Shown: piece by piece, positions 38,867-51,509 of the stretch
Position numbering within the stretch: position 1 is the first letter of the stretch
Layout of the letters: each line of letters starts with the position of its first letter
From: Octopus sinensis
Taxonomy: Eukaryota
Length of the DNA: 64,000 bases
Reading direction: 5' to 3'
NCBI RefSeq assembly: GCF_006345805.1
Contig: NC_043009.1
Location: 72,168,001 to 72,232,000 of the forward strand
Notes under the pieces: generated by a model
Database searches by the model: none
What the model was told of the DNA's origin: nothing
What the model saw: only the letters and a program-made list of their open reading frames with translations
Program-made: the position numbers and the translations under genes

Positions 38867-41575
38867 TACCTGTTGCTTTGTCACTGACTGGAATTGCTTT
38901 TCAGTTGTGTTATTCTTTGCTCCACTGTGAAAGATTGTTTTTGTGCTGAAGTTTGTGAAAATTTACCGTTTTGGTCATCGAGACCACTTCTTTTCTGCTG
39001 TTACAGCAGAATTTTGCTGTCCTTTCCTCCTTGTTTCAAGGAGGAAACAGCTAAAAACATGAATTTGTCACCAACTTCTTCCGCGTCCAAGGAAAACTTT
39101 GAAATTTTGTTTCAAGGCATAGAGAGGAGTATGAAAGAGGAGAGCGGTAAAGATACAGAGGCGTCACACGCGCTCGTTACAAAGGCAGACGATAAAATGT
39201 CTAGCAACGCAACACAGGAGGGAAAATCTAGAGTTAATTTTGCAAGTGCAGCAACTCGCTTCTGTGAAAATATTGAAATAAACAAGGAAGATTTAAAAAA
39301 ATATCAAACTTTATTACAAAAGGAAGGTGAAAATGTGAAGTTGCTCCCTCCCAGTGAATTAATCAACACGACGGAGAGAAAAACACTAATATATAAGACT
39401 TACCACGTCAAAAATAGAAAAATTGACTTTGTGATGAGGGAAGCAATAGAGAAATGCTTGAGGCCGATATGGCAACAAACAAGTTATATATCGAGGGGTA
39501 GTCACTGTAGAAGTGCGTTTCCTCAGCGAAGAAAAAGCCAGGGAACATTCAACAACGACATTGAAGTTGGAAGATTTAGTTCTCCTGCTGACTTACTAGG
39601 AAGGAGAACTTCAAAAGTCAGAGTCAGTGATATACCACCCGAAATAGATGTAGCCTGGCTGGTAGCTGCTATCCTCATGGATAGAGAGGAAAAATTGCCA
39701 TTCTACAGACAAAGAAATACCACCACATGAACTGGGTTGGACAAGAGTTAGAGCTCGTCATTCAAGCAAACCCCATAGATTTAGAAGAAATTCCCAGTTC
39801 AATTATAATTGGGGAAGATACCAGCCTGATGGTGGTAGTCGAGGGGCGAAAGCCAAGGTGCTATAAATGTGGCAAGAAAGGCCACATAAGGTCAAACTGT
39901 AAGAAGAAACAAAGAGTCAAAGGAAATGCAGCAGAAAAGGCAAGCACGTCACCGAAGACAATCACGACACTGCTAGAAATAGCAGCCACATTGTGTGCAC
40001 AAATTACCGAAGTACAGCCGACAATGGGAGAAAACAACAACAACCAGGAGTGGGTCACCGTGGAACCTTCAAAAAGAAGACGGAAACAAAAAGACCCCCC
40101 CCTGTTCGGATACACAGGATTATGCTCCAAGAGAGACAAGCACACCCACACAGACAAATACAGCCACAAACACACACACTGGAAAAAGCACTCACAAACA
40201 CACAGGCACCTACAAACACCCACGCATCTATAAGCACACACACACACACCCCCTCCACAATCGCCTAATATAACTAAGAGAAACAACTTTACAGCGATAA
40301 ACAAAAATAACAAACACTTAAGAGACCAAATCCTTTTAATAAAGTCAGCAAAAAAATATATCGCAACAGATTTAAATAGTACAATTCTTGCAAATGTCGA
40401 GTTTTATACCATCGGCAACACAAACTATTTCGAACTAAAGAAATCTTTTGCAGAGGACGTCAGCCCGTTACAGATGAACTTTTCAAGCCATCTGTACAGG
40501 CAATTCTCTAAAAAATGACCTCACAAACCACAACACTTACAGACAGAAAAGAAGAGGGTGAAACTACACCCTCTCTCCCATTAAAACAGTAAGTTTTAAA
40601 CATACGATTTATTTTTCACATTTTCATTTAAACTCGTTGTTTAAATGTACGCAGCCTGGGGTCGAATTGGAAGCAAGGCTGCCTCCTTGACAACCTTGGG
40701 TCGCATCGTTTGGACATAGTTGTAATTACCGAATCCAGACTGAGTGGGCTGCAGGCTTTTTCACCCCTTCTAAATGGCTACGAGAAATACGTTTCTCCCT
40801 GCCAACCGGAAGGGGGCAGAGGAGTGGCAGTGCTAGTCGGGAAAAATCTGAATTTAGAGATTAGAACTGTCTTTATAGATCCAGAAGGCAGGTTGGTCAT
40901 TTTGGATGTGACGCACAGCAGTGGTAAAGTGTTTAGGCTGGTCGCTGTCTATGCTCCCTGCGAAGGAAAAATCGGACAGAAAGATTACTTCAAAAGCCTA
41001 GAGAATTTCCTCAGCATGTCGAATACTTTAGTATTGCTAGGCAACTTCAACACAATTTGCAATGCACACGTAGATTATGTTGGCTTGAGAAAGAATAGGA
41101 TGGGATACCCTCACCTCAACAATCTGCTAAGTCATTTTGAGTTGGCAGATCGATTCAGACTGGACCACCCACATGTTCTAGTGTGGACCTGAGCAAGAAA
41201 CAACGGGTCAGCCAGATCTTACATAGATAGAATCATTACTAGAAGGAAAGATAAGAAAATACTTAGCTGTCCACAACACCATATTATCAGCTACAGTGAT
41301 CACAAATTAGTGACCTGTAGCATGTGTAGACGAGGTACCGGCTACTGGAAGCTAAACAAGTCGCTATTGGACAAGGAAGCAGATTAGACAGTAATGAGGG
41401 CGTTAACTGGATCCATTATCAACAACAAATGGTGGTACACTCTGAAGAGAGCCATCAAATTTGAGTCGATTAGGTTTAGCGAAGAATTAGCTAGTGTCAG
41501 AAACAAAGTAGAAAAGGAACTAGTTAAAGCAGCAGACAAGGCAATGAGGTCAGGTGGTGCATCGAAAGTGTTAGC
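38865..41575 (+). mobile_element. Tx1/L1-clade LINE, 5' half (ORF1 with CCHC knuckle; ORF2 APE endonuclease), disrupted
   Basis: VEGRKPRCYKCGKKGHIRSNC; DIVVITES, VAVYAP, LGNFN, IDRI and SDH endonuclease motifs; GYWKLN. Confidence 0.88.
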
Positions 41576-41699
41576 TATCTGTCTCGCTCTCTGCCTGTCT
41601 GTCTTTCTAGCTGCCTGTCTAGGTCTCTGTTCTTCTAGCTCTCTGTGTGTCTATCTAGCTGTTTGTCTGTCTGTCTGTCCGTCTATCTAAATAATAATG

Positions 41700-41930
41700 T
41701 CTATAGTGACGTCATTTTCCAGTGTGCGCACATGCAACATCATTCTTCAGTGTGCGTGTGCGGAACGTCATTCTTCAGTGTGCGGGGCTGGAACCTTCTG
41801 GAAAGGCCTGAGGAAGTTCCCTCATGCACATGCGCTAGAGACTGGGGAAGAAATTTCTATCGTGTTCCTTGTTAGTGTCGTTGACTTGAGACATGGCTAT
41901 TGAAGAGAAAGGACGTGTTAAACGTGTGAT
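41700..41930. promoter_or_regulatory. CpG-rich intronic motif cluster (candidate enhancer or promoter)
   Basis: Perfect CRE TGACGTCA at 41707-41714, TGCGCAC, GGAAG motifs and a duplicated cattcttcagtgtgcg. Confidence 0.35.
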
Positions 41931-42809
41931 CAGCCATTCTCCTGTTCCAGACGCTTGAGATTTGATCTGCTCTGTTGCTGCTGAATTTGTTGTAAGAATC
42001 TTACAAATGTTAAAATTCAGCCTTGCTATATTGAACCAAGTGGATACCAATATACCAACGTGCTTCATTTGTAAATAAGAGAATAAAGAATCATATATAT
42101 TTTTAAAGTTGCATTTTGTTCCTGACTGGTAGTTTCTGGAAACAAAAAGAAAGGAAATTGTGTTGCACCCAAGTTTCACCCCAAAAAGTGTAAAGAATCA
42201 ACCAGTTCCCTTTACATGTCTAAACAAGTTATGATATTTTGAATGCGTTTACTATGCATGTTTCAGATTGTTGTGTAATAGCAAAAAAAAAAAAGAACTC
42301 TGAATTCATCTCTTTTGCAACACCTTCAGTTTACACATTTCAAAAAATAAATAATGCAGTTAAATCTTCCCTTTGTCTCTTTCACTCTCTGTAGATATTC
42401 TACCACTTCTGTGTCAACCTTCCATCGAGTAGGTGATTTAAGCTGCCCTAGAGCATATGTAAATTTAGTCACTATTTATATTTTGGAATGTCTTACCTGA
42501 AGGAGGTGTTGTGTAAGAGATAAATTTTTTGTTTATATTATGCAATTATCTAAAATGAGTATATCAAAATGCATTCAAATTATTACTTGGTTGACTTCAT
42601 TGTTATCTGTTAAATGAATGACTCTATAGCAGTACAAGCTACTTAGTCTTTACTCCATTTACACAGATGCTCTAACAAGGATTTGGAGTGGTTTGTTTTA
42701 TTCAAGTTGTAAAATTCTTATTCCATGCATCGCTTCTAAGTAAGACACACATATGCATACACACATTTACATAGAAAAATTCATGTATATTGTTTTTCTT
42801 TTTAAATAG

Positions 42810-42858
42810 AAGACGAAGATGAAGCATGGGCCTACTTGCTGAGTTCTTGGGAGTCCAG
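42810..42858 (+). CDS. CAPN15: SOL calpain exon 6 (49 nt)
   Basis: (E)DEDEAWAYLLSSWES(R). Phases 1 and 2 fit both neighbouring exons. Acceptor tag, donor gtatga. Confidence 0.85.
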
Positions 42859-43424
42859 GTATGACTATATCAATGTTTGGTTCTAAAATTAGTTGTTGTG
42901 TTCTCTCAAATCATTCCAGATTCAGTAGACCTATATACAAGAATGTTTCATTCATGACCTTCCATCAGTATAAGAGCATCTAAGACTATTTAGGAGCTTG
43001 AACCTCACAGAAGAGATTATATAAAAGTGTAGGATTACTGTTGATATACTGTACTTGAGGATATGTGCCCATCTCTAAGATTCTGGAAGCACAATTTAAT
43101 GTGTGTGTATATATGTATGTATCATGATTATCATTTAACATCCGTTGTCCATGCTGGTATGGGCAGGATGGTTTGACTAGGGCTGGCAAGCCGGAAGGCT
43201 GCACCAGACTGCAGTCTGCTTTGACATCGGTTTCACAGCTGTATGCCCTTCCTAATGCCAACCACTCTGTGAGTGTAATGGTATATATATATATATATAT
43301 ATATCATCATCATCATCATCATCATTTAGCGTCCGTTTTCCATGCTAGCATGGGTTGGACGGTTCTACTGGGGTCTGTGAAGCCAGAAGGCTTCATCAGG
43401 CCCAGTCAAATCTGGCAGTGTTTC

Positions 43425-43447
<23 letters not shown>

Positions 43448-43455
<8 letters not shown>

Positions 43456-43906
43456 TTGTATTTTGGAATGGTCATTTTGCCAGTTTAGCCAATAAAAATA
43501 CACGCACTATATATTTGGTGTTACTTTGCTTCAGCACTATTTATTTTTTACATTAATCTTAATCTTATTTCGGCCAGAGTTCTTTCGTCACACTCCTGTG
43601 ACCGCATCAGTGCTACTTTGTTTTCTTCTTTCTTATTTGTGTCTCTCCTTACTAACCGTCAGCCATTTTGCATTTCAAATACAAAATGGCTGACGGTTAG
43701 TAAAGAGAGACACACAAATAAGAAAGAAGAAAGCAAAGGACAACTGATGAGATCACAGGAGTGTGACGAAAGAACTCTGGCCGAAATAAGATTAAGATTA
43801 ATGTAAAAAATAAATAGTGCTGAAGCAAAGTAACACCAAATATATAGTGTGTGTGTTTTTATTGGCTAAACTGGCAAAATGACCATTCCAAAATACAACA
43901 CAATAT
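43448..43906. repeat. ~460-bp near-spacerless palindrome containing hammerhead motifs
   Basis: Arms of ~228 bp are reverse complements centred near 43676. Confidence 0.93.
43738..43782 (+). ncRNA. Minimal hammerhead ribozyme motif
   Basis: CUGAUGA-g-aUCAC..GUGAC-GAAAG-aa-CUC-UGGCC. A mirrored, mutated copy lies at ~43572-43612 on the minus strand. Confidence 0.55.
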
Positions 43907-45668
43907 CTGTTTCAACACATGATTTCACATAAAAAATCTTGCAAAACAAAACTATAAACGTATATATATATATATATATACACACACACAACTGGGCCTC
44001 CTTACTCAATGCCCTCTTCAAGCCATCATCTACCTAACTGCAGTATTTATTTTTAGTATTCTCTCTCTCTCTCTCTCTTCTGTGTTACCAAATTATCCTT
44101 TCTTCTCCACCATCATACAATTTAACTCTCCCCATGCACTCTGCTTACCTTTTCCCTTGCATTCATTTCACCTAACCACCTACACATCTTTCTTTCACTT
44201 TTTGCCTCATCACTATATCATTATTCGTATTCTGCTGCTCTTCCCCACTTTTGTACAGTCAGTTGTTCCCTGCTCTCCCCTTCTTTTCTCCTAACTTGTA
44301 TGTACCATTGATCGCCCCACCCATTGTCCTTTATTTACTACATCCATAGCTCAACCCCACTCAATCACTGTAGTGGTTGGGTAGGATTGAGGTATGGATG
44401 CAAGGAGAAAGGAAGCATACTGCAGGGGGGGAACTGAAATTGTATGGTGGTGGAGAAGGAGAGAATTTGGCAACACAAAAGGATGATCACTGCAAAATGT
44501 GGATGGAGAGCTGATCAATATCTTCCCTCCAGCATATTCATCATCCCTCAACACTTCATTCATAATATTCATCTCCCTCACCCGTTCCTCTTCTCTAGCC
44601 ATTCCTCACTCTCCTTGTACACTCTTGCAACCTCTACCTTTCCATGCTCAGTAAGAAAGTAGAGTTTGCAAAGAACAATGTCCTTAACTAAAAGTGAAGC
44701 TAGACAAGAGGTTTATCTCCTCTCACTTCTACTCACCTTGTATCCTGAGGGTTCATTCTGATACCTCATCACTACTATTTTATCTCCCTTTCCAACTCTA
44801 CTTGGTTAAGTCCACCCACTATGCTATACTGTAAGTTGCTATGTAACCCCTCTGAAGCAACAGATTTCTGTTCTGATCCTTTCTCTCATACTTTAACCTC
44901 TTCTCTAACATAGAGCTGCCTCCCAATTAGTCCATGGAAATCTTACTCTTGCAAGCTGATGACGACCTCACTAGTGCAGGTGACCTGTATAAAGCACCCA
45001 GTACTCTCTGTAATGTGGTTGGTGTTAGGAAGGGCATTTAACTGAAGAAGCTGTTCTAACACAGTTATTGGAGCACCATTGCCATCCTTGAACCTGTCAC
45101 ATTCTATCAAATAATTTAATCCATCCAGACAGATATTAAAAAATGAATACGATGATAGTGGGCTGTGTGATCTCAGAGAAATTTCAGTTATTTCTAGTGA
45201 ATCAAGGCTTCTTTCTTTCTTCCATTTTTGGTAAAAAAAGGTTACTGTTAGCAAGAAAGCAATAGTATAATTATGTTATTGAGCCTACAAATTGTAATGC
45301 TAGCTCACTTGTCATTTGATATTCAGTTTTATCTTGGCAAGGTTCATTTTTGCACTTCATTTATCTATGGAGTTCAAAAAATAATTAATAATACACTTGG
45401 TTTCAATTCAAATAATCATATTACCTTTATCAAAAATGCCTTCCTCTTTTAAGATGGCTGGGTGTGATTTGGAGATTTGGCTCCTGTTTCTAGCAAGTCA
45501 AGTAGTCACTACATGTTAACTCAGAAAATAGCATTGTTTAGAAAAGCTTTTGCTGGTAATTGTGTTTAGGTTGGGCATTTCCTGAGGCTTATGAGGATAT
45601 TGAGTTCTCTTTGCAACCTAAGTATTTTATTATTTTGTATTTCATTTTTTGTTTATTTTTTCTTTTAG

Positions 45669-45797
45669 ATTTTTGATTGCCTGTGCTTGTGGTGATAAAG
45701 TAAATTCAAATGATACAGATTTGGACTACGAAAGTTTAGGACTAGCCAAAAATCATGCTTACTCAGTGTTGGATGTTCAGGAGGTAGAAGGAAACAG
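45669..45797 (+). CDS. CAPN15: SOL calpain exon 7 (catalytic His)
   Basis: FLIACACG...GLAKNHAYSVLDVQEVEGN. Phase 2-2, donor gtgagg. Confidence 0.93.
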
Positions 45798-47011
45798 GTG
45801 AGGATTTTGTTCTTTGTTAAATATTGATTTCTAACATGTTCACAAGGTTTCCTGAAGTTGACAGACTAAATTTGTAATTGGGGCAAAGCTTCAGCCAGCT
45901 AAGGGTAACTTGGTGAGAGAACAGTGAGGTAGACAGGGCAATAAAAGAGAAGTGACAGGTTTTAGAAACAGTAAGAAAGTAGAGTTTACAAAGAACAATG
46001 TCCTATAACTAAAAGTTTAGCTAGACAAGAGGTTTATATTACAACAGCAGAAACTGAAAGGAAGAGGTTTACCAATATATTACAGCATGAGGTGTTGCAG
46101 TTAGCAAGACAGTTTATAACAGAGAGAAAAGTGTGTACGGGTAGATATTGATGTACTTCCACTTTGTGATTCTTGAAAGCTAGAATCAAGGAAGTGCTAC
46201 CATAAAATATGGAAAATGCAACATTGACCCAACTGAGGGACTAGCTATCCTAGTTGACAGCAGTATGATAGATAAGGCAATTTGGGATATGAAGACAGGA
46301 GACATGCACACACCCATACACTTATTGATATTCCACAGCATCAGTTTGTCTTGAGATCTTTGAAACATTGATGTGATGTTTACATTTCTTGATGACATTG
46401 TTTTGTGCTTCCAAAGACTTGTGGAATAAAAAAATTGCCCTTAACTGTAAAATGAGTTGGCAACAGGAAAAACATTTGGCCATAAAATCCTATCTAATAT
46501 AATTTGACAGGCCAGCATGGAAAAATGAACATTAAATGAATGACCAGATAAAGGTATTGGTCAACATGAGGCTTTAGTTGAAGATATTTGCTGTAAAGTG
46601 TTACATAGTGGGATAAAACTCAGAAGCAAGTTATTATGAAGCAAACCTCTTAACCATAAATCTATCTTTGGTGGTTTTTATTGATTTATTTATTTAAAAA
46701 AAATTTTAATGAGAGTGTTCAGACCACGCTGGTGCCACATAAAAAGGACCCAGTCCATTCTGTAAAGTGGTGGATATTATGAAAGGCATCCAGCCATAAA
46801 AACCATGCCAAAACAGACAGTGAAGAATGGTGCAATCCTCTGCCTTGCAAGCATGGAAGACAGACATTAAATGATGGTGATGATGATTTTTTTAAAGCTT
46901 TTTGGAGACTTACTGCATGTAATGATGAGGACAGAATTTGAATCACAGACCACAAATATCTTGGCTGACTGTATACTGATTTAAGTATTCTACACTTATA
47001 TTGACTGTAAC

Positions 47012-47716
47012 TGTGGTGTGCAAGAGAGACGTTTGCGCTGGTATGGTCATGTGGCAAGAATGGATGAAGATAGTTGTGTGAAAAAGTGCCACACCCTAGT
47101 GGTTGAGGGAACCCGTGGAAGAGGCAGACCTGGGAAAACCTGGGACGAGGTGGTGAAGCACGACCTTCGAACTTTAGGTCTCACTGAGGAAATGACTAGA
47201 GACCGAGACCTTTGGAAGTATGTTGTGCGTGAGAAGACCCGGCAGGACAAGTGAGACCATAACCCGTGGCCTCTGTAGCCAATCCACTTATGCATACCTT
47301 TCCTTCTTGGGACACAAAACTCTACTTGTGAAGACCTGTTGAGGCAAGTTAAAATCGAAATCGATCAACATCAATGGAAATTGCAGCTGTGATACCAGTG
47401 CCAGTGGTACATAAGAGAACCATCCAAACGTGGCCATAGCCAGCGCCACCCCGACTGGCCTCGTGCCGGTGATATGTAAAAAGCACCATCCGATCGTGGC
47501 TGTTTGCCAGCCTCGTCTGGCACCTGTGCTGGTGGCATGTAAAAAGCACCCACTACACTCATAGAGTGGTTGGCGTTAGGAAGGGCATCCAGCCGTAGAA
47601 ACATTGCCAGATCAGACTGGGCCTGGTGCAGCCTTCTGGCTTCCTAGACCCCTGTTGAACCATCCAACCCATGCTAGCATGGAAAGCGGATGCTAAACGA
47701 AGATGATGATGATGAT
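47012..47716 (+). mobile_element. RTE 3' end
   Basis: QERRLRWYGHVARM...RDLWKY, the 3' UTR and a (GAT)n tail. Confidence 0.9.
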
Positions 47717-47905
47717 TGACATCTTGTGCTAAGCATTTAATATAAGTCATAACCTGAAGACCTTAAGAGCTACAATCCTGGCTTTGGCTGCACTCAATCA
47801 CAATGAATCAATCAATATTGAAACTATAATGATCAAGACTTCAAAAGCATGAAAACATTATCTGATAATTTAATCCATTAACTATTTATTGACTTTCTTT
47901 TCCAG

Positions 47906-48064
47906 ACTTCTCCAAATTCGCAACCCTTGGAAATGCTTCAGCTGGAATGGCAAATGGTCCAATGATTCTCCACTTTGGGACACTATTAATCCAGCAACTA
48001 AATGTAATCTACTTACAAGGTGTGGTGATGGAAAGTTCTGGATGTGTTTCAAAGATGTCCGAAG
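47906..48064 (+). CDS. CAPN15: SOL calpain exon 8 (catalytic Asn)
   Basis: LLQIRNPWKCFSWNGKWSND...DGKFWM. Phase 2-2. Confidence 0.93.
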
Positions 48065-48874
48065 GTTAATATCTTGATTTAATGTATTTTGTTGTTGTTG
48101 ACAATGATAATGTAGCGGTGAGTGATGTGGTAATAGGATGGTGATGGTGTGGTTAATTGGTGCTGGTGAAGTGAGAGCAATAATGATGCTTGTTCCAAGT
48201 CAACCCTGATTAACAGTCTCAAGATCAGATGTTCCGTCTGTGACCAGCACAACTTGTTTCATGCATAGTGTCCTCTGTTTTTGTGATGGTAAGGTAATTT
48301 GTTATTTCTAGCAGTTTGTGTGGCTATATAAAGGCTTACATGTTGAACTGTATTGTTGCAGTTGTTTAGCCCCAGGCTAGTACTGACTTCATAGATATAT
48401 GGTTGACAATGTTCCATCTATGGTCATTATGTTTTTAAGCATATCAAGAACCACATCCTCCAGTATGTTCTTTTAAGAGAATATGTAGGAGTTGAGTGAA
48501 ATTTAACTGCTATTTGTTGCAATTCAAACAACCACAGGGAGACATTGTTGGCAAGAGGGTATGAATGGATCATACCAATGTCATCAGTTTCTATTGTAAT
48601 GTTCTTTGATGTGTCACATTCACTGTCTAATCCTTGCCAGTTGGCTTTCTACATGGCTAGCTACTAGATCCAGCTTGGTAGGTTGTGTTATGTGTCCAAT
48701 TCAGACGTTTTACTGTCTAGTATACTCTTACTCCATGATAAAAACTTTGACAAAACTTCAGTAGTTACTTTGTTATATCATCTGCCAAAAAAGATTTTTT
48801 TTTAAATTTGTGTTTGTGTGTAATAATCATAATTTTATGTCCACTTTTTATGCTGGCATGGATTAGACACTTTG

Positions 48875-49652
48875 TCATCATCATCATCATCATCATCGTT
48901 TAATGTCTGCTTTCCATGCTGGCATGGGTTGGATGGTTTGACTGAGTATTGGCCAGCCAGAAGGCTACATCAGGTTCCAATCTGATCTGGCAAGGTTTCT
49001 ACAGCTGGATGCCCTTCCTAACGCCAACCACTCTGGGAGGGTAATGGGAGCTTGTTATGTGCCAGCAGTACTGGCATCGGCCACACTTAAATGGTGCTTT
49101 TTACCTGCCACCAGCACAGGAGCAGTCGAGCAGCACTGGCAACGACCATGGTTGAATGATGCTTTTAACGTGCTGCTGATACGGGAGCCAGTCCAGTGGG
49201 ACTGGCTTTGACCATACTCAAATGGTGCTTTTTACGTGCCACCAGCATGGGTGCCAGTCAGGTGGTACTGGTATTGGGCACGACAATGATTTCACTTGAC
49301 TCAACAGGTTTTCTCATGTACAGTTTATTGCCCAATGATTGAAGGGTACTCTTAAATTGGCCGGTTATTTGAGACTGGCATAGGCCACGGTTATGGTTTC
49401 ACTTGGCTTGCCAGGTCTTCTCAAGCACAGCATACTTCCAAAGGTCTTGGTTACTTGTCATTGCCTCCATGAAGCCCAACGTTCGAAGGTCGTGCTTCAC
49501 CAACCCATCCCAGGTTTTCCTGGATCTACTTCTTCCACAGGTTCCCTCCACTTTTAGGGTGTGACTCTTTTTCACACAGCTGTCCTCAACCATAAGCAAC
49601 ATGTGACCATACTAGCACAGTCATCTCTCTTTGCACAACACATCTGATGCTT
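48875..49652 (-). mobile_element. RTE 3' end (antisense)
   Basis: (CAT)n tail at 48875 and ORF 49399-49602(-) matching the RTE C-terminus. Confidence 0.88.
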
Positions 49653-49838
49653 TGGTCAATATAAAGATCTTCACCCAGGAACAAAAAAAAAACCAGTCAG
49701 GTATGTGTTAACAAGTGTGTTGAAAAGAAATAGGAAAAAAAAAAGTGCACACTGACGACCCTGGGGGTGAGGAGGGGACTTTTGGAAAATTCACAAGATC
49801 TGATTTTTCCATCATAACTTCCGGGAAAATGGATATAT

Positions 49839-50182
49839 TCTTTTACTTGTTTCAGTTATTTGACTATAGCCATGCTGGAGCACTGCTTTTAGTCAAATAA
49901 ATCAACCCCAGGACTTATTCTTTGTAAGCCTAGTACTTATTCTATCGGTCTCTTTTGTTGAACCACTAAGTTACAGAGATGTAAGCACACCAGCATCGGT
50001 TGTCAAGCGATGGTGGGGGGGTCAAACACAGACACAAACACACGTATATATGACAGGCTTCTTTCAATTTCCATCTACCAAATCCACTTACAAGGCTTTG
50101 GTTGGCCCGAGGTTATAGTAGAAGACACTTGCCACGCAGTGGGACTGAACCCAGAACCATGTTGTTGGTAAGCAAGCTACTT
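49839..50182 (-). mobile_element. SINE body; the rest of its head is at 51510-51527
   Basis: Breaks off at agcaagctactt and resumes as ccacacagccactcctat. Confidence 0.8.
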
Positions 50183-50389
50183 TATTTCATCATATTTGCC
50201 ATAAAGGCAGTACATAGAGTGTGGCTTTGCGGGCTGGAAAAGAACATTAATGAAGTGAATGATAATGAAACGAAGATGATGAGGATGGGAGAAGACAAAA
50301 AGTGCCTGCCGACTTTTGCTTCTCTAAAACATTGTTCTTCAGAAAAATACAAAATGACATTTTGTATTTTACAATTTAAAACACGTAGT

Positions 50390-51509
50390 TGAGTCAATTA
50401 AGTTCCTTACTCCCCAACCAGGCTGTACACTACCCTTAGGCACTGCTCCAGGTCCAGGTCGGGGCCCCAGAATGTAAATCTGAACATATGCTTCGAGAAG
50501 GCGCCCATCACCCTGAACATACCGACATCCAATATGACCTTCGTAGTCACCTACAAAGGCCAATCCTCATCCTCTGTCCAGGGCATGGGCTACTCTCTCT
50601 GGTCATCCAGCTTCTCTATGAAGCTCTGTACTGCCCCTCCCTTCTGGAAGAAGATGACAAAATCTTCTTTCCTCTTTCTGGGAGGGGCCGCTGTTTCCTC
50701 TGTCGGTGGCACCGGGCATGCCGACAGTTCATCATCAGCTGCCTGTGATGTCCCATTCTTTTTCTTCTTCCTTTTTCTCTTCTCCTTTACGACGGGAGGA
50801 AGGAGTTCCTCCTTCATGTCTGGAAGTCCTTCCTTCCCTTCCGCGCCTCAGGATCAATAGGTGGGCAACAACGGTTGCCCACCTTCTTTCTTTTTTCCTT
50901 TCCTTTTTGAGGGGGTTGCCACCCCCTCGACTTCCTCCCTCTCTCCCTCCAGTGGGGGAGCAGTGGGCTCTTCATCTATTAACTGCTCTAGGACCTTTGC
51001 TTGGTCCTGGCAACAGTTTTTCTTTATGTGTCCCAATTCCAGGCACCGGTGGGGATCACTGGGTACCTGGAACTGGCCATTGTTAAAAAATCTGGCAAAA
51101 CCAGATCATTGGCTGATTGTGTCCGTAGGGTCAAAATTGCTTTTGACCCCACCCAATCAGCTGCAGGGAGAATTCTGACATTCAAGAGCTTGGCAGTACT
51201 GCCACGCAGACCCCGGCGGATAGTGTCTCCTATCCATTTGGGTTCTATACTGGGTGGCAGCCCACACACCCAAGCTCTTGTCAATCTCCTCCCTTCATAA
51301 GTGTAGAGAAACAGAATTTTCTCCCCTTCTAATGGTTGGCTTGCAAAATCTCAAGCCTCTTGTTAGCCAAAAAATAAATAATACGAGCAACAGAACCCCA
51401 CAAGGTCCCCAAAAAATCAGATGTCTTACCTAGGAGTTGTTCTTCACTATTTCATGCCGCTGACACACACCGACGTGACTTCCACTGCGAGAAAAAAAAA
51501 CGCGTCTTT
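50390..51509 (-). mobile_element. Tx1/L1-like ORF1 remnant
   Basis: TRAWVCGLPPSIEPKWI...DWVG and GHIKKNC parallel the ORF1 at 39600-39900. Confidence 0.65.

Noticed and set aside
38894-40233. Host gene nested in the intron
   Set aside because: A CCHC knuckle followed by an APE endonuclease, with frameshifts, identifies it as LINE ORF1.
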